A stretch of DNA of 64,000 nucleotides, from the IMG/VR virus record IMGVR_UViG_3300047200_000500, positions 105,622 to 169,621 of that record; one strand, written 5' to 3'. This document shows positions 38,586 through 46,567 of this stretch, piece by piece. Numbering within the stretch: the stretch's first letter is position 1; each line of letters starts with the position of its first letter. Position numbers and translations under genes: made by a program. The notes below the pieces were generated by a model. It did not search any database, had not been told where the DNA came from, and saw only the letters and a list, made by a program, of their open reading frames with translations. Source of the stretch: a virus.

Positions 38586-39659
38586 TGCTTTGGATATTCT
38601 TGTAACCTCGTCAATATCAAGACCTGGACCGCCTGGCAGTGTAATGCCTTGTCTCCATAATTTTACTGCTATTGGAAAATCATTTTCATTGTATTCGTGA
38701 TGCTCCCAAGGCGGCATTAGAGGAATTGGCGGAAATATTGGTCTTGAATCATATCCCAATGAATTTAATATTTTAGAAGCAGTATTGTAATAATCATAGT
38801 CAGATTCGTCTAATATTGAGAACATCCACCATGAATTATGACCACCATTCGGTGATTTTTGAAATTTAAATTTATCACCAAGTAATGAAATATAAGTATC
38901 TGCGATTGATGTTAATTTTTTAGATGTTTCATCTATCCTGTTAATCTGTGAATTTGCTAATGCCGCTTGCATCCCCGTTATTCTATAATTATACCCTATA
39001 TCACAATGCCAGAATCTTTTTCCTGGTTGTTGCGCTTGACCCCTGAGCAATTTACATTTATCAGCTATTTTATCATCATTTGTTAATATCATACCTCCTT
39101 CAGCACTAGAAATTAATTTATTTCCATACATACTAAATACTGATACTTCACCAAAACTACCGATGTTTTTTGAATCTACTTTAGCAGTTAAAGCTTCACA
39201 TCCATCTTCAATTATTTTGAACCCATATTTATTGGACATCTCTATTAAACGAACCATATCGACTGGGTTACCATAATTGTGAACAGCCACGACGGCATCA
39301 ATTTTCATCATTTTACATTTATTATCTAAAATGTCCAAGTTCATATTCCATGAATTGATATCGGCATCAATAAAAATTGGAATTGATCTAACATATTCAA
39401 CAGAAAATGCTACTGCTGCAAAACAGCATGCTGGAATGGCTATTTTTTTATTTTCAAGATTGGTACTTAATAATGCAAGATGAAGTGCTGTAGTTCCATT
39501 AGAACAACTAATAGCATGTTTTCTATCAGTGAGTTTTTTAAAATTATTTTCAAGCTTCTCAACTTCTGGACTGGCTTGTGTAATGAATTGAGATTTGACT
39601 ATATCATAAACAGCCTTTGCGTCATCATCAGTAAAAATTTGATTATAGACTGGAATCAT
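38577..39659 (-). CDS. DegT/DnrJ/EryC1/StrS aminotransferase, perosamine synthase-like
   Basis: SNGTTALHLAL, VHNYGNP, IIEDGCEA, FSMYGNKLISSAEGGM (PLP Lys), RGQ..FWH..IGYNYR. Confidence 0.9.
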   Translation of the reverse strand: MIPVYNQIFTDDDAKAVYDIVKSQFITQASPEVEKLENNFKKLTDRKHAISCSNGTTALHLALLSTNLENKKIAIPACCFAAVAFSVEYVRSIPIFIDADINSWNMNLDILDNKCKMMKIDAVVAVHNYGNPVDMVRLIEMSNKYGFKIIEDGCEALTAKVDSKNIGSFGEVSVFSMYGNKLISSAEGGMILTNDDKIADKCKLLRGQAQQPGKRFWHCDIGYNYRITGMQAALANSQINRIDETSKKLTSIADTYISLLGDKFKFQKSPNGGHNSWWMFSILDESDYDYYNTASKILNSLGYDSRPIFPPIPLMPPWEHHEYNENDFPIAVKLWRQGITLPGGPGLDIDEVTRISKALS

Positions 39660-40323
39660 GTTTAAATCCCTTGAGTGTGAGATAAATTTGTCACCGTTTA
39701 TTTATCTGTATGACATTAATACGCTTAGACAATTTGAATGTACATATGCTCATCATTTATTAATAAATACTAACTTAAATAATTGTGAAAAGGCGTTTTT
39801 CTTAAGAAATAATAGAAAACCAAATAAATATGATGTAGACCATGTTGAATATTTAAAATCTGCTTTTAAACCGGTTGATCCAGATACATATTGGAATACT
39901 TATGTTTTTCAAGCTATCTATGATGATTTTGGTGATTTAGAAGTTAGTTCCGATATAATATCTAAATATTATAAAGAAATTTTAAAATTTGAAATAAATT
40001 ATGATAATTTACATGAGATTGGTAGATCAATAAGATATAAATTTGGTAAAGTATTGTCAGATAAAGGGTATAATATGATAAATGTGTGGCAATTAATGCA
40101 AGTTTCTGCAGTAATTAATACCAACAATATAACAAAAAATCCAAATAATATAAAGTTCATATTTAATAAAATATATAAGAGAAAACCACTAGACCAAGAG
40201 GTGCAGATAATACTGTGCCTTGATCTAGATTCAGGAATCCAAGGAGTAAGAAATGAAATTGTCAAATATTTCAAAGTTGCATACGAAGCTACTTTCAGAA
40301 GAAGAAGAATTAAAAAATATTGA
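39658..40323 (+). CDS. hypothetical protein
   Basis: 221-aa ORF; start uncertain. Confidence 0.5.
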   Translation: MFKSLECEINLSPFIYLYDINTLRQFECTYAHHLLINTNLNNCEKAFFLRNNRKPNKYDVDHVEYLKSAFKPVDPDTYWNTYVFQAIYDDFGDLEVSSDIISKYYKEILKFEINYDNLHEIGRSIRYKFGKVLSDKGYNMINVWQLMQVSAVINTNNITKNPNNIKFIFNKIYKRKPLDQEVQIILCLDLDSGIQGVRNEIVKYFKVAYEATFRRRRIKKY

Positions 40324-40633
40324 TAAAGAGGCACTTGCCGAATTAGAGGGTAAGCCGCTGGAAACTGACCAACCAGTTGCTCCACCCGCTGATGAAAATA
40401 TGCCAAACGAATTGGAAGATTTAGATTATAGCCCAAAATCTAATCAAATTAATAAGCCAAATTCTTCTGGATTTACATTGCGAAATGTAACTGATCAACT
40501 AGATGGCATAGTAAAAAATTGGTTTAATTTTGCTGTAGAAATGAACCCTGATGCAAAAGAAAAATTTTTAGCATTAGGTGAAAGAATATCAGAAATATCA
40601 GATATTGTTAAGAAGGAATTTAATAATGTCTGA
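40253..40633 (+). CDS. acidic hypothetical protein, possible head/scaffold protein
   Basis: AAGGAG SD, MKL..LLSE. Confidence 0.55.
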   Translation: MKLSNISKLHTKLLSEEEELKNIDKEALAELEGKPLETDQPVAPPADENMPNELEDLDYSPKSNQINKPNSSGFTLRNVTDQLDGIVKNWFNFAVEMNPDAKEKFLALGERISEISDIVKKEFNNV

Positions 40634-41273
40634 TTTTGACCCATTTAAACCTCTGAATTCTGAAGATTTTAAGCCTTCTGATCTCCCAACTGGAAATAAA
40701 GAAGACAAAATCAATCCAAAAGACGTTGGAGTTGATAATAGTGTTGATTTAAAAGATGACGAAGATGGAGAAGATGCAGATACTTCACTAGATGATTTTG
40801 AATCAGAACTAAATGATCAGTTTTCTCCTGATGTCCCAAGCGGTGATGAATCATTAAGTTTACCGGAACCTACTAGTATACAGACTCCAATTGCACCTGA
40901 AAAACAAATTAAATGGACTGTTATTCCTACTGATAATAACGAATTAAAATCACAACATGTTAATGGCTTTACGTTAAGAGCTAGACCATTGAGTGCAAAG
41001 AAAGATGAAAAGATTAAATATATAACTCAATTATACAAAGGAAACAAAATTTTAGAAAAAGGTGTTATTTGGATTGACTCCACTAAAGATCCAATAACAT
41101 TTTTGCAAAATGTAGCCGATAGGATCCTTAATAGGATGGGCTTAACATCCAATGAAATAGAAGAACCTAAAAGTGAATTTACGAATGAAGAACCTATAGA
41201 ATCAGATTTACCAAAGGAAGAAGAAAAAGGCGATCTTGGTAATGAAATGGATCAAGTGCTGGGGTCAATTTAA
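40626..41273 (+). CDS. acidic hypothetical protein
   Basis: ATG 40626 after AAGGA; D/E-rich termini. Confidence 0.55.
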   Translation: MSDFDPFKPLNSEDFKPSDLPTGNKEDKINPKDVGVDNSVDLKDDEDGEDADTSLDDFESELNDQFSPDVPSGDESLSLPEPTSIQTPIAPEKQIKWTVIPTDNNELKSQHVNGFTLRARPLSAKKDEKIKYITQLYKGNKILEKGVIWIDSTKDPITFLQNVADRILNRMGLTSNEIEEPKSEFTNEEPIESDLPKEEEKGDLGNEMDQVLGSI

Positions 41274-42506
41274 ATCAGATTCTATCTCTAATAAATCTCC
41301 CCAATATTCCTGATTTTTGAAATTTTTACAATTTTGTGACCCGACAATGGCCCAAATAACGGAATAATCTCTTTTATCTGGTATTGTATCTTGCCCGTCG
41401 CTAAGAATTATGTTGACATTTGCGACTAGATTATTATGTTCAATATAATCAAGCACACAACTAAAATCAGTACCTCCACGACCAGTTACAGCTACAGTTC
41501 TCCAGTCTCCTTTTTTATATTCTCTAACTTTATGAACTGCACTATCAAATTCGATTAATGTAATTTTAAATTTCTGGGAAATTGATTCTATTTCACCAAA
41601 TACTACTTCTAATATTTTAGTGTACATTGATCCACTAGTGTCAATCATGATAGTTAATTTATTGCCACCATGAGAAGATGTCCCTTTTATTCCAAATTGT
41701 TGATTTTTTCTGTTTAATCTAGCAAAAGTTTTTCTTTTTTGTCCTATTGACCTACCTATTAAATTTCTTAATAAATGAGCGTAATGAATTTTTGATGATT
41801 GAATTTGTTTTATAAATTCTTCTAAGTGTCCAGGTGGATTACCAGCAGCCTTGCTAGTTGAATTAACTATTTCTTTTACTGTTTGTCTAATTTCATCTTT
41901 TGATGCATCACTTTCTGACCACACTTCATGATTATCATGTAGTTCTACGTGTAATATTTTACCGTTTTTTAATATTAATATCCACCCCTTTAATCCATTA
42001 TCGTTATTTATTTCTTGGATTCTTGAGTTATCTATAATCCATTTTGCAACTTCTTCACTTGAATGATCTTTTTCAAAAAAATCTAAATCTATACCGGACC
42101 ATAATTCATTATCTTTATCACACATGTTGCTACCAGGCATAAACATTCCACATTCTGGAAGATGATCTATACTTTTATTAGATTTATGACCATTAATTAA
42201 CCAATCTTGAGCTATGTTATTGATTACATGATGTTCGTCGGTTGGGCCAATTGACCTACTTGGGTGCAGCCTGACCACATGCTCTATTTCATGGATTATT
42301 ACAGCTATCATTTCATCTATTGTTAAGCTATTGCAAAATTCTGTGTTATAATAACAGTTTACTCTTCCACCTTTTTTAAAAGCTACTCCAACTGTTTTTA
42401 TATCTGTTCGCTCTATCCAATCTATTCTTGTACAAAATGTGCCATACCATGGATGTAAAATTTGTATCTTACATCTTGCATCCATTAATTTGTCTATTTT
42501 ATCCAT
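41265..42506 (-). CDS. DUF2201-type metallopeptidase-like + vWA protein
   Basis: HEIEH..RLH (HExxH), NIAQD..IN, MIDTSGS MIDAS, GRGGTDF, SDG. Confidence 0.85.
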   Translation of the reverse strand: MDKIDKLMDARCKIQILHPWYGTFCTRIDWIERTDIKTVGVAFKKGGRVNCYYNTEFCNSLTIDEMIAVIIHEIEHVVRLHPSRSIGPTDEHHVINNIAQDWLINGHKSNKSIDHLPECGMFMPGSNMCDKDNELWSGIDLDFFEKDHSSEEVAKWIIDNSRIQEINNDNGLKGWILILKNGKILHVELHDNHEVWSESDASKDEIRQTVKEIVNSTSKAAGNPPGHLEEFIKQIQSSKIHYAHLLRNLIGRSIGQKRKTFARLNRKNQQFGIKGTSSHGGNKLTIMIDTSGSMYTKILEVVFGEIESISQKFKITLIEFDSAVHKVREYKKGDWRTVAVTGRGGTDFSCVLDYIEHNNLVANVNIILSDGQDTIPDKRDYSVIWAIVGSQNCKNFKNQEYWGDLLEIESDLN

Positions 42507-43867
42507 TATTTATTAAGCTTTATTTCAGATCCCCAAGCAGTAATTTGAATCTCTCTTGATAATACCGGATCTTTGGTCAGTGCATTATACCAAGTGCGAA
42601 TTTTTTGTTGTTTACTGAGTATTCTCTGGATTGATGGATTAATTAATGCTGCACCCTTTAGACTACTTTCAAGTTCGTTATTTGTTAAACCTCTACAGAA
42701 CCCAACAGCAAGATCTTTATAATTATTGTTATTGACCATCCATTTACAAAAAGACAAGACATTGTTTATTTGTTTTTCTTGTGGATCTTTTATGGATGTG
42801 GCAATATTGACCACACCAAGCATCAATCCTTGCATCTCTGGACGCTTCATTGTGTGAAGAATTTGGATTATTTTTGTACTTGCACCATTTTCGATAATGT
42901 CTCTTGGATAGAGTTCTGCTGCCCAATTCTTATAAGCATTTGTCACTGCTATTCCTATTAATCCTTGTAATAATTCAGTTCTGATTCTGTCCTTTTGTTC
43001 ATCATCCTTGAATATATCAGTATTGTTTTTTATTGAATTTTCAATTTTTGATACGAATTCCCACGATCTAGGATTTGGTTCAATTATTAATTGTTCAGAA
43101 CCATCTTCTGTTTGAATTAAATGTTCATTACTACCAGCGCAAAATTGAGTTATTTTATCAGTTATTCCGTCATCAATATCTGTAGATTTCATCCACTTCA
43201 TCCAATCAGTAATATATTCTTCATTTACCTGTATATTAACATGACACCAACGTGATGTAAAAGCGGCATCTGATACAAATGTGTTTGTCCTATATCTTGA
43301 TCCAGACGGATTACCAGCACCAATTATTAGGATTTTAGATGGTAGTTCATAGCCACCTGTTTTGCGATCTAATATTAATTCAAATAAAGCCTGTAAAACA
43401 TCATCTTCGCCTCTATTAACTTCATCTAAAAATAAAATCCCTTGATGATATTTAACTTCACCTTTAAACGGCCAATGTTCATCTGTTGTTTCTTTACCAT
43501 GGACTTCACAACATTTTAAATAATATGGAGATTTGTCTGGGATTATATCAGAATTTTTGCCCCATGTATTACCCTTTTCATCTATGAAATTTCCATGTGG
43601 AAGATCAACTGGTGGAAGATATATGAATTTATCACCATCTGCTTTAGGAAGACCTCTTAATTCAGAGGCTTCCATTTGAGCAGCACGCATATCTTTGCAA
43701 AAGAATGGCACTGAACAATTGCCTTTATCATCACAAAAATGAAATCTATTTTTACAAAATTTTTTGACGCCATTGCTTTTACCAACACCTCTTGGACCCC
43801 AAATAAACAATGGAATATTGGCAACATGGCAAATAGAAATAGCTGTATCTAATTCTGAATATATCAT
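42506..43867 (-). CDS. MoxR-type AAA+ ATPase
   Basis: IWGPRGVGKS, LFLDEVNR, GAGNP, SRW.H, PRSWE. Confidence 0.85.
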   Translation of the reverse strand: MIYSELDTAISICHVANIPLFIWGPRGVGKSNGVKKFCKNRFHFCDDKGNCSVPFFCKDMRAAQMEASELRGLPKADGDKFIYLPPVDLPHGNFIDEKGNTWGKNSDIIPDKSPYYLKCCEVHGKETTDEHWPFKGEVKYHQGILFLDEVNRGEDDVLQALFELILDRKTGGYELPSKILIIGAGNPSGSRYRTNTFVSDAAFTSRWCHVNIQVNEEYITDWMKWMKSTDIDDGITDKITQFCAGSNEHLIQTEDGSEQLIIEPNPRSWEFVSKIENSIKNNTDIFKDDEQKDRIRTELLQGLIGIAVTNAYKNWAAELYPRDIIENGASTKIIQILHTMKRPEMQGLMLGVVNIATSIKDPQEKQINNVLSFCKWMVNNNNYKDLAVGFCRGLTNNELESSLKGAALINPSIQRILSKQQKIRTWYNALTKDPVLSREIQITAWGSEIKLNK

Positions 43868-44319
43868 TTTGCACCTTTGCTCATTTTATGATAACCCTTT
43901 TTTTCTAATTTGGATATTAAAGAATCTTTATTTTTTATATTGTAATCTTTTATACCAACATTACTAAACTTGTCATCATATGTGTTTATTGATTTATAAG
44001 TATTATTATCTAAATCTATGATGGTGTAAGACTTCATTATTATTGTATCATTAAATTTAGATTGTTTGATCCAGACTTCCCCATTGGTTAGACCATGCCA
44101 TGGATTGAATTTTTTATCATCATATTCAACAATTTGTTTATCATTATTACTATTTGCTGACCTAATTCTGTCATGATAAAGCTTAATCATTTCACCATTT
44201 GGTTTTTTTAATCTTACAGTTTTACCGTTATCGCATAGTTCTATGACAGTGCATATTTCATCACTTATTAGATTTTTATGCGTTAAGTATCTAACTTCAT
44301 CTTTTTCATGCAATTCCAT
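43864..44319 (-). CDS. hypothetical protein (SH3-like N-terminus), first gene of MoxR-vWA operon
   Basis: 151 aa, AAGGA SD, ATGA-coupled to ATPase. Confidence 0.55.
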   Translation of the reverse strand: MELHEKDEVRYLTHKNLISDEICTVIELCDNGKTVRLKKPNGEMIKLYHDRIRSANSNNDKQIVEYDDKKFNPWHGLTNGEVWIKQSKFNDTIIMKSYTIIDLDNNTYKSINTYDDKFSNVGIKDYNIKNKDSLISKLEKKGYHKMSKGAK

Positions 44320-44392
44320 ATTTGTATTCCTTAAATTTTTATATAAGACTTAATTTTTTTGTAAAGATTGTTATGAAACATTGAGATAAAAA

Positions 44393-45007
44393 ATGTTACC
44401 ATTTATAGCTCCAGATAAGCCCATAAGGACAAGTGATGATTTTCTTATTGATTTAGATGTTGAAGAATGGTCCTGTGAAATGAAACTTGATGGTTACAGA
44501 ATGGAAATTAGCAAACATGATGGAATAATAATTGCTCGTAGTCGCCATAATGAAATTTTAAAAATTGATGGTTCTTTCATTGATTATTTCAACAGTCTTT
44601 TAAGTGAAGGAAGTGCCATTGACACTGAATGGATTAATCATGATAGAATAAAAGCAATTAATACTGTGATGAAATTCAATCTTCCTTTAGTTGAGTGTAT
44701 AGGCATACATGATGTGACTTGGCTAAACGGTAAGTATCTTGGTAATATTTCATTAAAAGAACGACGTAATTGTGATATTTACAAAAAATTACAGACAGCT
44801 TCCATGAATAATATAATAGATAATTTTAAAGTATTTAAAATTCCAATGTTGTCTGATGATAATACAATGATTGATTTTTATAACATGCAAAAAAGTATTA
44901 AAATTAGCGAAGGGATTGTTATTAAAAAATGGAATTCAAAATTGGTTGGAAATAGATCACAATCTGCTAAAAATCCAAGCTGGTACAAGATAAAGTACCG
45001 CAACTGA
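44393..45007 (+). CDS. ATP-dependent ligase, nucleotidyltransferase domain only
   Basis: EMKLDGYR motif I, SR, IDTEW, HDV..LNG, EGIVIK, WYKIK; ends right after motif V. Confidence 0.75.
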   Translation: MLPFIAPDKPIRTSDDFLIDLDVEEWSCEMKLDGYRMEISKHDGIIIARSRHNEILKIDGSFIDYFNSLLSEGSAIDTEWINHDRIKAINTVMKFNLPLVECIGIHDVTWLNGKYLGNISLKERRNCDIYKKLQTASMNNIIDNFKVFKIPMLSDDNTMIDFYNMQKSIKISEGIVIKKWNSKLVGNRSQSAKNPSWYKIKYRN

Positions 45008-45024
45008 TCGAGGAACCAAGAACT

Positions 45025-45840
45025 ATGAGCCATTCTGTTAAACCAGTTTTATGTGCGTCTATTAGACCACATCTTAATTATCCTGACGAAGTTTTATTCG
45101 CAGAACTTAAGGGAACTGTAAAGTCAATTTGGAACACAGTGAGGGGTGGAAGCCCAAAATATGATTATGATGATGCCCTATCTGATGCTTGGATAGGGTA
45201 TACCAAAGCTAAAGAACATGATAATCTTCCTCCTTCTATTGCTGGCGAAATAATGGAATGTCCCATATGCGGGCACAAAATGCATATGCCGGTGACAATG
45301 GATGAGGATAAAAATGCAGATCCATCTAGAGATAGGTCATTTAATTTACAATGCGAATCGTGTAATCATGAATGGGTAAAAGAAATTAAGAAAACACAAT
45401 TTACCACTTGTGTCTATCATTATATTCGTGGAGAAATACAACGTGGTGCTCGTGAGAGTCGTCGTTGCGGGATTCAGAAAATAAAAAAGCAAGATATGAA
45501 TGGTCACAAAGTGGATCCATCAATCATAAGTATAGATGTCTTCTCACAGACTTCAGATAATGTCTGTGATGCCTTAAGTGTTGGTCAAAGTGTTCATGTT
45601 ACTGGAATTGGTATTGAAGTAAAGAAAAATGTTCATAGGGCAGTAAGTAAACTGCCACCCCGTCAATGTGAAGTAATATCAAGGATGTTTGGATTAGAAT
45701 ACAATAATGAGATATTAGAACCAATGTCTCAGGCCCAAGTGGCTGATCATATAGGGATATCAAGGCAACGTATTTGCGCAATTATTAAAGGTTCATTAGC
45801 CAGGCTACACAAAGAATTGGAGAAATCTTATGAAGCTTGA
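45025..45840 (+). CDS. sigma-70 family RNA polymerase sigma factor with Zn-ribbon insertion
   Basis: region 2 DDALSDAWIG..KA...F.T.VY..IRGEI; region 4 LPPRQ.EVI..FGL..SQAQVADHIGISRQR. Confidence 0.8.
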   Translation: MSHSVKPVLCASIRPHLNYPDEVLFAELKGTVKSIWNTVRGGSPKYDYDDALSDAWIGYTKAKEHDNLPPSIAGEIMECPICGHKMHMPVTMDEDKNADPSRDRSFNLQCESCNHEWVKEIKKTQFTTCVYHYIRGEIQRGARESRRCGIQKIKKQDMNGHKVDPSIISIDVFSQTSDNVCDALSVGQSVHVTGIGIEVKKNVHRAVSKLPPRQCEVISRMFGLEYNNEILEPMSQAQVADHIGISRQRICAIIKGSLARLHKELEKSYEA

Positions 45841-46096
45841 TAAATTTGTTTTTGATAAAGCATATGATATTGTCATCATAACATACAGTGACAATACAAA
45901 AGCATCAATTGCTTTTTTTCTTGACAAACATGAAACTTTACATTGGTATGAATACAAGGGTGTTTGTGTCGAAAAAGTAATTAAAGAAATATTTGAACCA
46001 AAATTTAAATTTAAAGCATTAAGTAGGCACGACAATTCATCTTCATTTAAAAATGCACAAAGGGTTTCTCAAAAATTTATCAAGAATAAAACTTGA
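45830..46096 (+). CDS. hypothetical protein
   Basis: 88 aa, GGAG SD. Confidence 0.5.
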   Translation: MKLDKFVFDKAYDIVIITYSDNTKASIAFFLDKHETLHWYEYKGVCVEKVIKEIFEPKFKFKALSRHDNSSSFKNAQRVSQKFIKNKT

Positions 46097-46544
46097 TCAA
46101 TTAGGCGTATTAAAAGATTGTACTGCCGTTTTAGGTAAAAGTGAATACGGATCTATATATAAATTGTTTAATGGTGAATCAGATAATTGGTGGTGGAGAT
46201 CTATTAGTAAGAAAGAATTAACTCCTGATTATTATGCGATAGTTTTATTTATTAGCCATATTGATTATGGTCGGCGTATGTCGATTAAAACTTATTTAAA
46301 TTTTGTTCAAAATAGCGTCAATAATTCTAAGACACCGGTATCTTCAACTATATGCGGAATAATGATTGGTAATATTGTATTTGTAAAGGATGTCTATAAT
46401 AACCAAACTTATAAATTTAATTTTGACATTAATACAGAAGATAATGTAACAATTAAATCAATTGGATCTAGCTTTGATAATGTATATTTTAGAGGAATTT
46501 TTAATTTAAAAAATTGTCCGTTTTATTGCCCAATTTCGTGTTAG
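46053..46544 (+). CDS. hypothetical protein
   Basis: 163 aa in run. Confidence 0.5.
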   Translation: MHKGFLKNLSRIKLDQLGVLKDCTAVLGKSEYGSIYKLFNGESDNWWWRSISKKELTPDYYAIVLFISHIDYGRRMSIKTYLNFVQNSVNNSKTPVSSTICGIMIGNIVFVKDVYNNQTYKFNFDINTEDNVTIKSIGSSFDNVYFRGIFNLKNCPFYCPISC

Positions 46545-46567
46545 TTCGACAAATATATAAAGTAACA

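Noticed and set aside
22119-39659. Bacterial O-antigen locus or host chromosome contamination
   Set aside because: Genes are dispersed among phage tail genes, share phage composition and promoter motifs, and lack wzx/wzy/manBC
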